DNA of 64,000 nt from NCBI GenBank assembly GCA_951406725.2, contig OX597838.1:3782001-3846000 (forward strand). The letters run 5' to 3'. Source of the DNA: Octopus vulgaris. Taxonomy: Eukaryota. Below the pieces are notes generated by a model. That model had not been told where the DNA came from and did not search any database. It saw nothing but the letters and a program-made list of their open reading frames with translations. The translations under genes were made by a program, and so were the position numbers. Shown in pieces: positions 43,726 through 57,904 of the stretch (positions are counted from its first letter, which is position 1; every line of letters starts with the position of its first letter).

Positions 43726-43825
43726 TTTATTTAAAGCAGCAGAAAATTCAACAAAATCTGTTACTCTACCACTGGTATTTGAGTACTCTTTTTTCCACCT
43801 TGTTTCACATTTATGTGTTTACTCC

Positions 43826-43862
<37 letters not shown>

Positions 43863-43889
43863 AAAAAAAGTCAAGGTAGAAAAACTTGC

Positions 43890-44232
43890 AGTGTCTTGTC
43901 AACCATGACCACCCTGAGCTACGTTCGCATGTACCTCGCACTCCGTCGGTTGCAGTTGATTCGATCAACGGAACAGCCTGCTCGTGATCTTAACGCACAT
44001 AGGGCTGAGCACTCCATAGACATGCGTACCGTTAACCAAGTCTTGGGGCGGATTCATCATGACATAGAATGTGACAAGGCTGGCCCATTGAATTACAGGT
44101 ATGACTCACTTTTGCCAGCTAAGTGGACTGGAGCAACGTGAAATAAGTGCTTTGCTCATGGACACAACGCGACGCTGGGAATCGAAGTCATGACTTTATG
44201 CTCGCGAACCGAACACGCCTAACCACTAACCC
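43890..44232 (-). mobile_element. SINE family D-like copy
   Basis: Reverse complement of a tRNA head (ttagtggttagg...ttcgattccc) and body cacgagcaggctgttccgttgatc. Confidence 0.75.
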
Positions 44233-44520
44233 ACACACGTGTCCGTACGTACGTATGTATGTATGTATGTATGTATGTATGTATGTATGTATGTATGTAT
44301 GTATGTATGTATGCATGTGTGTGTGTATGTATGTATGTATGTATGTATGCATGCATGTATGTATGTATGTATGTATGTATATGCATGTATGCATGTATGT
44401 ATGTATGTATGCATGTATGTATGTGTGTATGTATGTGTGTATGTATGTCCTTCTTCTTAGACTGAGTGGTTCGACGTATATAGTGTATGAAAGGGTTTGC
44501 AATTTGATTTCTGTCCGGAG

Positions 44521-44535
44521 AGCGACATCTGGCGG
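44521..44535 (-). promoter_or_regulatory. Candidate CTCF site
   Basis: Minus strand CCGCCAGATGTCGCT, in a non-repetitive island. Motif match only. Confidence 0.3.
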
Positions 44536-44744
44536 AGGTTCACGGGGATCATATTTCACAAAGTGATCCGATCAATCCAGTGGAAGTTACAACTTTCGTC
44601 TGTCACTTACGCTTCGGACCATACAGATCGGCTGTGAGACGGAATGATTATCAAAGAGGTCACGGACGGCATGTCAGAAATGTTATTCAAAACAAAGAGT
44701 GTCAGAGAAGCTAGCAATCATGTGTGAGTAATCACCATAAACGT

Positions 44745-45162
44745 ATCGTGGTAAGAAGCCTGCTTCCCAACAACGCAGTTCCGAGTTCAGTCGCACGGCG
44801 TGACACCTTGGCCAAGTATCTTTTATATAGCCTTGGGCTGACCAAAGCCTTGTGAATGTATTTGGTATATATGAGACTATGAGACGGGTTTCTTTCAGTT
44901 TCCGTCTACCAAATCCATTCACAAGGCTTTGGTCAGCCCAAGGCTATCTCCTTGTATATTTCCCCATATTCCTTTCTGTCGAAGAGCGTAGGCTCGAAAC
45001 GTAAAAGACTTTTTCTATTTCTATTCCTGAGCGCCATACTAATACATTTGTTTGTTTGTACTCCACCTGCCTTAGTCTTTTGTTTATTTTCGTAAACCTT
45101 CCCGTTATAATAGAAGATACTTGGCCAAGGTGTCACGCCGTGCGACTGAACTCGGAACCGCG
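44745..45162. mobile_element. Fold-back SINE A pair with a nested PLE-like pLTR (44948-45109)
   Basis: Plus-strand arm 44745-44870; minus-strand arm 44883-44947 plus 45110-45162. Confidence 0.85.
44971..45008 (+). ncRNA. Minimal type I hammerhead (U6 variant)
   Basis: ccttt CTGTCGA a gagc-gtag-gctc GAAA CG TA aaaga. Confidence 0.72.
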
Positions 45163-45188
45163 TGTGCGTGCGTGCATGTGTTATTGTG

Positions 45189-45237
<49 letters not shown>

Positions 45238-46528
45238 GTGTGTGTGTGTGTGAGTGTGTGCGTGTGTACTGTTGATGTCATAAAAATTTAGAAACTTCGA
45301 GGGGAAGTAAAATAACTCTTTGCTCTGGCGGGGGACGGGGAAACTCGAATCAGATAGAGCTATCAATAATAACGTGTAAAAATTGCGTATAAAAAACCCC
45401 CTTTAAATAGAAAAAAATTTAAAGTTTTTAACCCAATATTTACATTTCATGTGTGTGTGTGTATGTGTGTGTGTTTCATTTTGTTGATCGCATTTTCCCT
45501 GTTTATTTTGATCTGACCCCTACCCAGCTCCCAACGCGAAAAAAAAGGTTATAAAGAATGACATATTTTTTTTTTTTCAGATATAAATTCATAAAAGAAA
45601 TGTTTTCTTAAAAAAAAAAAAAACGGTTTTGTTTTGTTCCATTTTTCAGAGTCGCCGCAACCATTCCATCTTTGAATATTTAGAATGTCTTAGAAAGGAC
45701 GCAGTGTCAGATTCTCTTTCATATCTCTCCTCCCCCTCCTCTCCTCCCCCTCCTCTCCTCCCCCTCCTCTCCTCCCCCTCCTCCTCTCTCTTCCTCCTCT
45801 TGTTCATTAAGCTAACATAATGAGGTTTTCATTTTTGTGTTTGCAAACTTCAGCTTTTTACTAATTTTTTTTATCTCTCTGCTAACCTCACTCTCTTCAT
45901 CTCTCGCTCTCTCTCTCTACATTTTTTTCTCTCTCTCTTTCTCCTTTTCTCTCTCTCTTTCTCCTTTTCTCTCTCTCTCTTTCTCCTTTTCTCTTTCTTC
46001 TTTTCTCTCTCTTTCTTTATTTCTCTCTCTTTCTCTTCCTTTCTCTCTCTCTCTCTTCCTTTTTCTCTCACTCTGTCTTCGCCTCTCTCTCTCGTTCTCT
46101 CTTTCTCTCTTTTCTCCCTCTGTCTCAATCTCTCTCTCTCTCCTTCTCTCTCTGTCTCCATTTCTCTTTCTTTCTTTCTTTCTTTCTTTCTCTCTCTCTC
46201 TCTCTCTCTGTATTTCTGTCTGTCTCTATCTCTCCCTCTCACCCCCTTGTCCCTCTCTCTCTCCCTCCCTCAGCTGGTGCTGTTACTTCAATGTTACAAC
46301 TTCGCTAGTTTATGAGATGTTACCGCAGATTCGAGGTCACATCCGCCTTCACAGCTTCGCGAAATATAATCTGCCAACGTCCTCGACGCAGAAATTGGCG
46401 AGTAACGCCGAGCCGTTTCCTTGTCTTAACACGTACCTCGTTAAGATCTTGGAGTGACAGGTTCAGAAGATAATACGGAAAGCAAACATCCATCATAGTC
46501 ACAGAAAAGCTACTGGGAGACGATGTCA

Positions 46529-46846
46529 AGGCGCGTGGCTTAGTGATTAGCGTATTCGACTCACGATCAAGAGGTTGTGAGTTCGATACTCGGCAGGGCG
46601 TTGTGTCCTTGAGCAAGACACTTTATTTCACGTTCCAGTCTAGACAGCAGGCAAAAATGGGTTGTACGTGTAATTCGAAGGGGCCAGCCTTGTCGCAATT
46701 CTATGTTGTGCTGAATCTCCCTGAAAACTACGTTAAGGGTACACGTGTCTGTGGAGTACTCGGCCACTTGCACGTTAATTTTATGAGTAGGCTGTTCTCA
46801 CGATCGGATCAATAGAAGTCCTCATCGTCGCAAGCGATGGAGAGTC
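46529..46846 (+). mobile_element. SINE family D
   Basis: tRNA head plus the 3' body shared with 18997. Confidence 0.82.
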
Positions 46847-47491
46847 AGTTAGTTACTGTGGACGATATCTTTGTTGTAGTTTCAGAGTTGTCGTAAAATC
46901 TTACTTTGTTTACTCATTGTGGTATCCATCCCTGACCCTCACCTTGGAAATTTGTCAATCCAGTCTGACATTCGCCTTTTGTCCAAGACACTGATAGTTA
47001 GTTCCCCTTAGTTACAGAGCCTTTATTTTGAGGCCATCCATTGCAGTTTGAGAGAAGGGTACACGTATTCCTCCCCTTGTCGCCATTTAGATTCGCCAAA
47101 TGTCATCCCAGTGCCTGTAAGATACTGGGTCATGGGACCCGATGCATTTTGACATGATTGATAGTGCTTAGTTCATAGAATATCTCGAGGTCTACAAAGA
47201 TGACGTGAGAGATGTTTGTACATTCGTAGTAACTGTTTGTATAAACACCACGTTTTGTGGGTGGAGTATGTTAACTGGTTTAACGAAACGCAGAAAACAT
47301 TGTTGACAGGCTATGACCCACCTAAAAAGATACCACTTTAATAATGTATAATACTATGTTTTACTGCTTTGCCCTCACTTCCCAGAACTGAGGAGATGTA
47401 CCACTTTTTAGTTAGTCGTTATATACTTTAATAGAAATATTAAAATTACTAAGTCTCTATAAAAGAGAATATGGCAGCGTTTACTGGAAAT

Positions 47492-47845
47492 TAATTGTTA
47501 TCGCCATATTAATATGGCATTCTTATAGATACAAGAATAATCGCTGCCATGGTCAGCTCCATGAGGCTACTGAAACTAGGTAAATATAAGCCTTCGAACA
47601 GAGACGTCAGTGGCGACACCTGCGGGTCTGACTGCGCTACATTGACAAGGGGCAATACCCCGAAACGCGTCTGTAGCTGTCGGACTGGCAGTGTGAAGCG
47701 GCTGACCTCCCTTGTTCGAAGGTTATAATGGATACAGATCGTGTATCAATAGCTATCTTGATGGCGGTGGCCTCATGGAGCTGACCATGGCAGCGATTAT
47801 TCTTATATCTATAAGAATGCCATATTAATATGGCGATAACAGTTA
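47492..47845 (+). mobile_element. Rod-like fold-back element with 79-bp terminal inverted repeats
   Basis: 47492-47570 pairs with 47767-47845 (3 mismatches, 2 of them G-U). Inner imperfect stems continue up to the hammerhead. Confidence 0.85.
47636..47677 (+). ncRNA. Type I hammerhead ribozyme with U3-A8 covariant core
   Basis: gctaca TTGACAA gggg-caata-cccc GAAA CGCG TC tgtagc. 6-bp stem I, 4-bp stem II, palindromic stem III ACGCGT, predicted GUC cleavage after 47671. Confidence 0.85.
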
Positions 47846-47928
47846 TATACTTTATTTCCCCGGTGTACAAGTTCAATATTTCAGACCAAAGTTTACAGCC
47901 AAAAATGGTAGGTTAAACACCGAGACGT

Positions 47929-48543
47929 GGAGGCGCGTGGCTTAGTGGTTAGGGTGTCAGCATCATGATCGTAAGATTGTGGTTTCGATTCCTGGACCGG
48001 GCGACACGTTGTGTTCTTGAGCAAAACATTTCATTTCACGTTGCTCCAGTCCACTCAGCTGGCAAAAATGAGTAACGCTGCGATGGATTGGCGTCCTGAC
48101 TTTTTTTTATATTTTTACCATAGGTGCAGATGTGGCCGTGTGGTAAGTCGCTTGCTTACCAGCCACATGGTTCCGGGTTCAGTCCCACTGCGTGGCACCT
48201 TTGGCAGGTGTCTTCTACTATAGCCTTGGGCTGACCAAAGCCTTGTGAATGGATTTGGTAGACGGAAACTGAAACTAGCCCATCGTATACATACATATGT
48301 GTGTGTGTGTGTGCTTACATGTCTGTGTTTGCCCTCACCCCACCATCGCTTGACAACCGGTGCTGGTATGTTTACGTCCCCGTAACTTAGCAGTTCGGCA
48401 AAAGAGGCCGATAGACTAAACACTAGGCTTACAAAGACTAAGTCCTGGGGGTCGATTTGTCGACTAAAAGCAGTTCTCCAGCATGGCCGCAGTCAAATGA
48501 CTGAAACAAATATAAGAATAACAGAATAAAAGAATAAAAGAAT
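47929..48543 (+). mobile_element. SINE C (47929-48097, 3'-truncated) followed by full-length SINE A (48123-48543)
   Basis: Match to the 12501 and 11599 copies. Confidence 0.88.
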
Positions 48544-49059
48544 GCGTTATCCCTTTATTCCATATAATTTTTACTCAATATATTTAACGTAACCTAACTC
48601 CACTTTTTCCATTTACGTTGTTCGCGCCGTCTAAAAACTTACCCCATTTATTTCCCATTTAGAATTCTTGTAGCATTCAACTTATTCTTCTGAAATTACA
48701 GTATTTCTCTTGTTTACACTGAAGCTGCGACAGAATAATTTAAGGTTCTTCGGGTGAATTAGTTTATTCAGCATTTTTCTCTTCCTTTTCATAATACGTC
48801 CATTTTGGATTTTTAGTTTTTTCTCACAAATGGCAGTAAATTCTTCTTTCTGCTGAGACAGTTTAGTTTAATGTTTCAAATTAGTTGTCTTTATATTAGA
48901 ATTGGATAAGTAAAAGAAGGGGATGGGGGTCTTTCTTTGGCTTCTTTTTGGTTTTTTTTTTTCTTTTTTGGTTTATGTGTTTGAGATATTTTTAAAGAAA
49001 GTATCCATTTATTTCTGTCTAAGGGTTATCTGTGAAAAAGCGGATTATTTTATTTTATT

Positions 49060-49290
49060 TTATTTTATTTTACTTGTTTCAGTTATTGGTCTGCGGCCAT
49101 GCAGGGGCACCATTTGAAAAGGTTTTAGTAAAATAAATCGACGCCAGTCCCTTTTTTTGGGGGTTGGAGATTTTAAGTCCTATACTTGTTCTATCGTCTC
49201 TTTTACTAAGCCATTATGTTATGGGGGCGTAAACAAAGCAACACCGCTTGTGAAGCGGTGAAGGGAAGTCAAATACAATCACAAATAGAA
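49060..49290 (-). mobile_element. SINE family A, degenerate 3' half
   Basis: ttttacttgtttcagttattggtctgcggccatgc tail. Confidence 0.7.
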
Positions 49291-49405
49291 ACACACACAC
49301 ACGCACTCGCATACATACATACATACATACATACGTAAAAAAGACTATGCATGGCTGTTACCCGGAATCTTGAAGAAGATAGTAGAAATGATACGAAGCG
49401 CATAT

Positions 49406-49645
<240 letters not shown>

Positions 49646-50250
49646 AATAAATTACTTTACTCTACAATGTATTGAGTACCTTATTTCTTCTATTCTTGCA
49701 CTTGTTTGGATTTATAACAATTCTCTCTTTCTCTCTCTATCTCTCTCTCTCCCTCCCTCTCTCTCTTCATATATATACATATATGTTTGTGTGTGTGTGT
49801 ATGTATGTATTTATGTATGTGTGTATGTGTGTGTGTGTGTATGTACGTACGTACGTATTATGCCTGTATGATGTATATATGTATATATATTTACACCACG
49901 AGCTCCCACACAGTTTCTGCTTACCCTACACTTCACTCAAAACGCATCGGATAAACCGAAGCTACATCACAAGACATTTGTCCAAGGTGTTGCCTTCGAC
50001 ATGATGCAAGATTGGTTTGATTACTATCGATGAAACGATTGTAAACCAATCAATGAACTCCATTCTTTGATTTTTTTTATTATATATATTCTACGGATGG
50101 TTGGTGTATTTTCTCATTATTGGGGGCAGTGGATTCTTCAGAAAACTTTCCACCTTTCAACTTTCAGATAGCAACCATCAACGGTAGTGTTTCATGAGCT
50201 TAGATTATATATCCCAGTCAGCTTACAAAATAAATTAGTGTGTACGTATG

Positions 50251-50295
<45 letters not shown>

Positions 50296-50754
50296 AGGTG
50301 TTTAATACATATTGGAAGCTGACACAACCAGTAAAATCTAACATAGATAGGTAGAGAGAGAGAGAGAGAGAAAGGGAGAATGGGAGAGTGAGAAAAAGAA
50401 GGAAAGAGAGGGAGAGAGATGTCTTTCTTGGCAAATATCCTCATTTGACCGGGAAATCTCCTGTGATTATCATTTTCAACATAAAATGTTTCTCAACAGG
50501 AGTCTGGTGTAAGAGAATACACACTCACACACACACTCACACACACACATACATACACGCACTTGCACACACACTCGCGTGGGGATACATACATATGTAC
50601 TATAAATATATATATATGTGTATATACATATACATAAGTACATTCATGTATAGATATACACCTACGTACATATGTACACACACATACATACACACAAATA
50701 TATATGTATACATATATATGTATGCATATATATATGTATGCATATATATATATG

Positions 50755-50804
<50 letters not shown>

Positions 50805-51048
50805 ATAGATACATGCACAAGCATATGTACTATAAATATATATATGTATATGCATATACATAAATACATTCATGTATATATATAAATACATCTACGTACA
50901 TACGTACATACACATATATGCACATATACATATACATACATATACATATATATATAGAGAGAGATATATATGTATATATATGTGCATATATATATATATA
51001 TATATACATATATACATATATATACATATACATATATATATACATATG

Positions 51049-51080
<32 letters not shown>

Positions 51081-51089
51081 TGTGCTTGT

Positions 51090-51139
<50 letters not shown>

Positions 51140-51589
51140 TGTGCGTGTGTGTGTGTGTGTGTGTGTATACATGTCCAATTATATTGAATCATATTCAGTT
51201 TCGTACTTGACTCCCTGGAGTGTTTCTCTTATGAACCAAAACTATCAAAATTTTTTTTCAAAATTCAAAAAAAGAAAACATACAAAAAACAAAATGTGAA
51301 AGAAATGCTAACAAATATAAAAAAACAACAACAGCAATAAAAACAACAGAAACCAGCGATTTTTTAATATGTTTCCTTTTTTCTCCCTCCCCTTTAAACT
51401 CTGAACAGATAGTCCCTTTGTTACTCCCCAGATTTTCGAGATCCTTGCCTCATTCATTCCCTATTAACGCGCCTCAAACTTATATATATCCGCCATTTTT
51501 ATCTTCGGGACTTTCCTTCTTAAATAAATCACTTTCACGTTTTATTCATTTTGATTTTCCTCACTCTTTCAGAAATATTCTTCCTTTGT

Positions 51590-51986
51590 TCCTCTGCCTT
51601 TTTTTCCATTCTTTATCTTCTTCTCACTTTTTTTCAGTTTCTTTCATTCTTTCGTTATTCATAGTTATATATCTATCTATTTATTTATTTATTTTTCGTT
51701 CTTTCCTCACTTTCATTCATTTAATAAGTTTCATCTTCCTCGTTACCTTCCTTTCTACTTTCTTTCAGTTATTTTATTCGTTCCTGATTTTCTTTCATTT
51801 CTTCTATCACTCGTTCTTCTCTACCTTCGTTCTCATTTACCATTCCTCTCTTTTCTTTCATCTCTCCTTCCTTTCTGCTTTCGTTCCTTGCTTCCATTTT
51901 TCCTATCTTTCATCTGCTTTCTTTCTCTCCTTGTTTATATCTTCTTTATTTCCTTCTTTCTTTTTTTCTTTCTCTCTTTATTTCCT

Positions 51987-52021
<35 letters not shown>

Positions 52022-52451
52022 CTACTGACGCTTCCATCCTTCTCCCTGTCTTCCTCATTTCCTCTCATTTATTCCCTGCCTCTTTCCTTCTTTCCTACTT
52101 TTTCTTTCCCCACCGTCCTTTCCTTCTCTCCTTCAACGAATTCACTTCCTCACCGTTCCTTTCATTCCTTTCTTTCTTCATTTCTTCCCTCCTTCCTACC
52201 TTCCAACATTTTCTTCTACATCTTTCCTTTCAAGTTATTTCCATTGCATCTAGCCCCACTTCAGCGCCATCTTCCCCTTTCGATCCCATAATTCCACATA
52301 CATTCATACATACATGCATACTTGCATACATACGTACATACACACATACATATATTCATACATACATACATTCATACATACATACATGCATACATACATA
52401 CATTCATACATACATAATACACACACATACATGCATGCATACATACATACA

Positions 52452-52485
<34 letters not shown>

Positions 52486-52740
52486 CATACATACATGCAT
52501 ACATACGTACATACACGCACATACATATATTCTTACATACATACATTCATACATATATGCATGCATACATACATACATACATACATACATACATACATAC
52601 ATACATACATACATACATACACACACATAGATACATACATACATACATACATATATACATACATACATTTATACATACATAATATTTACATACATACACG
52701 CACATACATTCATACATACATACTTACATGCATACATGCA
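51590..52740. repeat. CT-rich low-complexity tract followed by a (TACA)n block
   Basis: Directly visible. Confidence 0.9.
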
Positions 52741-53231
52741 CGCATATTTAAAAGACTATAAAAGTGATACTACAGACACCCAGATATCAGATACCTACTT
52801 GTTAAAATTACAAGGCAAGCGAACAAAAACAAACAAAACAATGGAAATAACGACAAAAACAATAAAACAAAACCCAAACACAAACACACACACATATACA
52901 CACATATATACACACACATACACGCACACACATTATATATATAACAAAGCCAAAATCCTAAACAACATGGCGACCATCAAACAATGGCTCCGTTGTGGAA
53001 GGAAAGAAATGAAACGTCAGTTGTTGTGACAGTTGTCAGGAGGAATTAAGGAATATGGTATTATTATGAATTTGAGACCAGGTCCATTATTTTGCGGGGA
53101 ATATATACCCGTAAAACCTTTGCGAATTCTAGAATTACAAGAGGTATTAAGGAAATAATGAAATTATATAGGGGACACCATTAAAACAATCTCAGTGGGA
53201 GATCACTTTATATATATATACATATACATAC

Positions 53232-53277
<46 letters not shown>

Positions 53278-53320
53278 TTATGTGTATGTGTATACATATA
53301 TATATATACATACATGCATT

Positions 53321-53398
<78 letters not shown>

Positions 53399-53628
53399 TA
53401 TAGATAGATATAAATATGAATAAATATATACACATGCATCCGTGTATATGCATATACATATATATTATATTATAGATATGCATAAGAGGTTTGCGTCCTC
53501 AACAACACGTTACCGAGTTCAGTCCCACTGCACAGCACCTTGGCTGTGTATCTTGCGAGTGGATATCACAGACAGAAACGGAAAGAAATCCGTCGTGTAT
53601 GTGTGTATATGTGTGTGTACGTATATAC

Positions 53629-53743
<115 letters not shown>

Positions 53744-54868
53744 CATACATACATACATACATTATGGCTGCACCCTCGATATCGAGTATGGCCATTGCAC
53801 GAAGCTTAACTGTTGCTGGTGCTGTGATCGAACGTGACTTTTTATTCCAGCTAAAGATCTACAATGTCTTACATACATACATACATACATATTGCCCGGT
53901 CTGAGATTTGAACCCGCAATCCCTCGACCGCGAGTCCGCTGCTGTAACCACTAGATCATGTGCCTCCACTACAAACAAAATTACTATTTCTAAAATTTCT
54001 CGAAAAGATCGACGAAGTAATGTTTGTAGCCACTTCAACATGGCTGTTCGTTCGAACGGGTTTCACTGTGATTTTTCAACCCCAGGAAGACATCTCCTCT
54101 AGTTGGTTTACGATGCGCAGTTGCGTCCGAGATATTGTGAACATGGAAGCGAACCCCTACCGCCTTCTAGCGACACCAATACCCTAACGACTATGACAAA
54201 TTCTCTTGACGGAGGTGCTCCAGCATGGCCGCAAATTGATGAAAATATTCTACAAATGAAGTAACTTCCTCTTGAGCTGAAAGTGGCTTCTTTGACAATA
54301 TAAGTTTATCAAAATCAATGCAACAGTCACTGCTACTGCGGCCACTACTGCTACTCCCGCTACTACTGCTGCTGCCGCTGCTGCTACTCTTGCTGTTGGT
54401 GGTGTTACCGTTTATCACGGAGACGAGTCATTAAAACTGAAATTGCGAGTTATCTTTCATGCTTCTCTGCTATTTTTTTCTCCGTTATTTTTATAGCTTA
54501 AGACTTATCACAGATTTTAAAACTTATCACAAATTTATCTCAGATTAAACTAGCAACTTTAAGATGTTCTTGCAGATAATAAGCAACAAACTAATCAAAT
54601 ATCGTTTGTTTATTTATTTATTCATTTATCATTATTATTATTGTTGTTGTTGTTGTTGTTGTTTTTGTTATTATTATTTATTGACAGCAAACGGATTTGT
54701 TGGTTGGCAGAAATTATAGATAAGTTAAGGCGGCGAGCTCTCTGTCTCTCTCTCAGTTTATATAAGTGCGTGTGCATGGGTGTGTGCATATTATACATAT
54801 ATTTATACACACATTGATACATATTTATGTAGATAGATAGATAGATAGATAGATAGACAGATAGATGG

Positions 54869-54922
<54 letters not shown>

Positions 54923-55143
54923 ATAGACAGACAGACGTACATTGATACATGCATACATACATACATAGAGTGACAGACACACAGAAAGGTAGATGGACAG
55001 ATATGTAGATGGACTGGTACATAGGATTCGAACTCAGGCCATAGAAGGTTAGAACCAATTCAGCGACCTGGTCTACCCATCACCCTAAAAGACTCTGCTA
55101 ATATTTACATGCAGCTATGCACGTAACTTTACCGACGTGTATG

Positions 55144-55211
<68 letters not shown>

Positions 55212-55296
55212 CGTGTGTGTGTGTGTGTGTAGGCATATGTATATATACGCACAGACATGCGCACACATATGTATCCACGTTATCTATATGAATATA

Positions 55297-55345
<49 letters not shown>

Positions 55346-55348
<3 letters not shown>

Positions 55349-55620
55349 AATGAGATAGGGGTTGAAAATTCAACCCACCATGGGATAATATATATCCAAT
55401 ATACTGCTAGATAGGTACCCAACAAAATTAATACATAGATGTTAAAAATTGTCAAGCAATCAGTTCATCTATTGTATTAAATGGGTAAAGGTAATAATAT
55501 TACCGTAAATTAATACTACAAAATTAGAGAATGGAGAAACATACTTAAATCAGTAAAACATCAACTATCCGATGATACTCAATCCATACTTTAATACACC
55601 ATTACATATGAGTAAAGGCA
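55346..55620 (-). mobile_element. (TA)n-inserted PLE-like terminal fragment cut by the gap
   Basis: Homologous to 26287-26482. Confidence 0.7.
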
Positions 55621-55720
55621 NNNNNNNNNNNNNNNNNNNNNNNNNNNNNNNNNNNNNNNNNNNNNNNNNNNNNNNNNNNNNNNNNNNNNNNNNNNNNNNN
55701 NNNNNNNNNNNNNNNNNNNN
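55621..55720. other. Assembly gap (100 N)
   Basis: Run of N. Confidence 1.
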
Positions 55721-55964
55721 TGGTGGTGATTGTTGTAGTGGTGGTGGTGGTGGTCTTGGTAGTGGTGGTGGTGGTGGTGCTAGTGATGGTGGTTGTAGTG
55801 GTGGTGGTGGTGGTGGTGGTGGTTTGTGAATCACCTGCAGCGGTATTTAAGCCTCTTCCAGAATGTCTGTCATTAGTTAAACAGCTGTTAACAAGATGAC
55901 TTCTGTTTGTCTGTATGTCTGTCTGTTTCTCTCTCACTCTCACTCTCACTCTCTCTCTTTCTCC

Positions 55965-56006
<42 letters not shown>

Positions 56007-56072
56007 TTAAATCTATCTATCTGTCTCTCCCTCTCTTTCTCTATCTCTCTCTCTGTCTCCCTTTCTTTCTCT

Positions 56073-56110
<38 letters not shown>

Positions 56111-56136
56111 CTCTCACACACTCTCACTGTTTCTCT

Positions 56137-56172
<36 letters not shown>

Positions 56173-56218
56173 CCTGTTTCTATCTCTCTGTCTCTCTTTA
56201 TATATATATATATATATA

Positions 56219-56270
<52 letters not shown>

Positions 56271-56509
56271 GTTCAATTACAATTGATACCCTGGTGGTGT
56301 TGAGTGGACTTCTTTCCACCACCACCCGCCACCCCACCCCGTACGCCTCATTTTCCTCTTCTTTCACCTCTCATTTCTCTCTCATTTCACACTTTGGCGC
56401 CAAAAGACAAGACCCAGGAATTTTTGTTCCCTTTTTTGTTTTTGTTTAAATAATTTTGATTTTTACTTTTTGTGTTTTTTTGTTTTTTTGTCATGCTCAG
56501 GAATACTTC

Positions 56510-57030
56510 TCCACCACCACCGTCACCACCGCAACCACCGCTGCCACCACCACCACTACTACCACCACCATCACTACAACACCAGAACCGTAACACAACC
56601 ACTACAACCATCACCACCACCACCACCATCGCTACTATAACTACACACACAACCATGACCACTATCACAACTACAAACACCATTACCACCACTACTACCA
56701 CCAACATTACCACCACCACCAAAGCTATAAACACCACCACCGACACCAGTACCACCACTACAACCACCAGCACAACCTCGCCCAATCACCATCACAACAC
56801 CAATACCACCAACATCACCACAACGACTACTACTACTACTACTACCACTACTACTACTACAACTACTACTACTACTACCATTACTACTACCACGACTACT
56901 ACTACCACCAATACTACTACTACTACTACTACTACAACTACTACCACTACAACCACCACTACTACCACCACTACTGCAACTACCACGAATACTACTACCA
57001 CCACCACCACTACTACTACCACCACCATCG
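56510..57030. repeat. Degenerate (ACC/ACT)n trinucleotide tract
   Basis: Directly visible. Confidence 0.9.
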
Positions 57031-57255
57031 CCATAACGTCCATCATTCTTTCTGTGATGGTTTCTCAATTCCATTATTCAAACATTCAAACCATTTCAAT
57101 TATGTCTGCTCAGGCTTTCCACTATTTTCCACTTTCATCGCAAAATAACATTTGCTTTCCTTTCTTTTTATTATTATTTCGTCCTTTCCTTTTTTTTCTC
57201 TTTCATAATCTTCTTCGTTCTCATCTTTTTCTGTCTCGTAATTTCATTACCTCTT

Positions 57256-57313
<58 letters not shown>

Positions 57314-57344
57314 TCTCTTTCTCTCTCAGCCATTCTCTCTACTC

Positions 57345-57549
57345 TTTACTCTTCTCCTCTTTTCCTTGTTTCAGTCATCTGACTGTGGCCTTGCTGGAGC
57401 ACCGCCTTTAGTCGAGCAAATCGACCCCAAGACTTATTCTTTGTAAGCATAGTACTTATTCTATCGGTTCTCTTTTGCTAAACTGCTATGTTACGGGGAC
57501 GTTAACAAACCAGCATCGGTAGTCAGGCGATGTTGGGAGGGGGGGACAA

Positions 57550-57583
<34 letters not shown>

Positions 57584-57754
57584 TTATATATATATACACA
57601 TATATACGACAGGCTTCTTTCAGTTTCCATCTACCAAATCCACTCACAAGGCTTTGGTCGGCCCGAGGCTATAGTAAGCAGACACTTGCCCAAGGTGCCA
57701 CACAGTGGGACTGAAACCGGAACCACGTGGTTGGTAAGAAAGCTACTTACCACA
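57345..57754 (-). mobile_element. SINE family A, near full length
   Basis: Reverse complement of the 11599 copy. Confidence 0.88.
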
Positions 57755-57841
57755 GATAGATATAGATATAGATAGATAGATTGATATGCATTTATATGTA
57801 TATTCACATACATATACAAATATACATATATATATATATAT

Positions 57842-57900
<59 letters not shown>

Positions 57901-57904
<4 letters not shown>

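Noticed and set aside
51418-52761. 447-aa hydrophobic ORF resembling a membrane protein
   Set aside because: CT-rich low complexity plus (TACA)n.
56472-57446. Mucin-like Thr-rich ORF
   Set aside because: Degenerate (ACY)n microsatellite running into (CT)n and a SINE; no splice or domain support.
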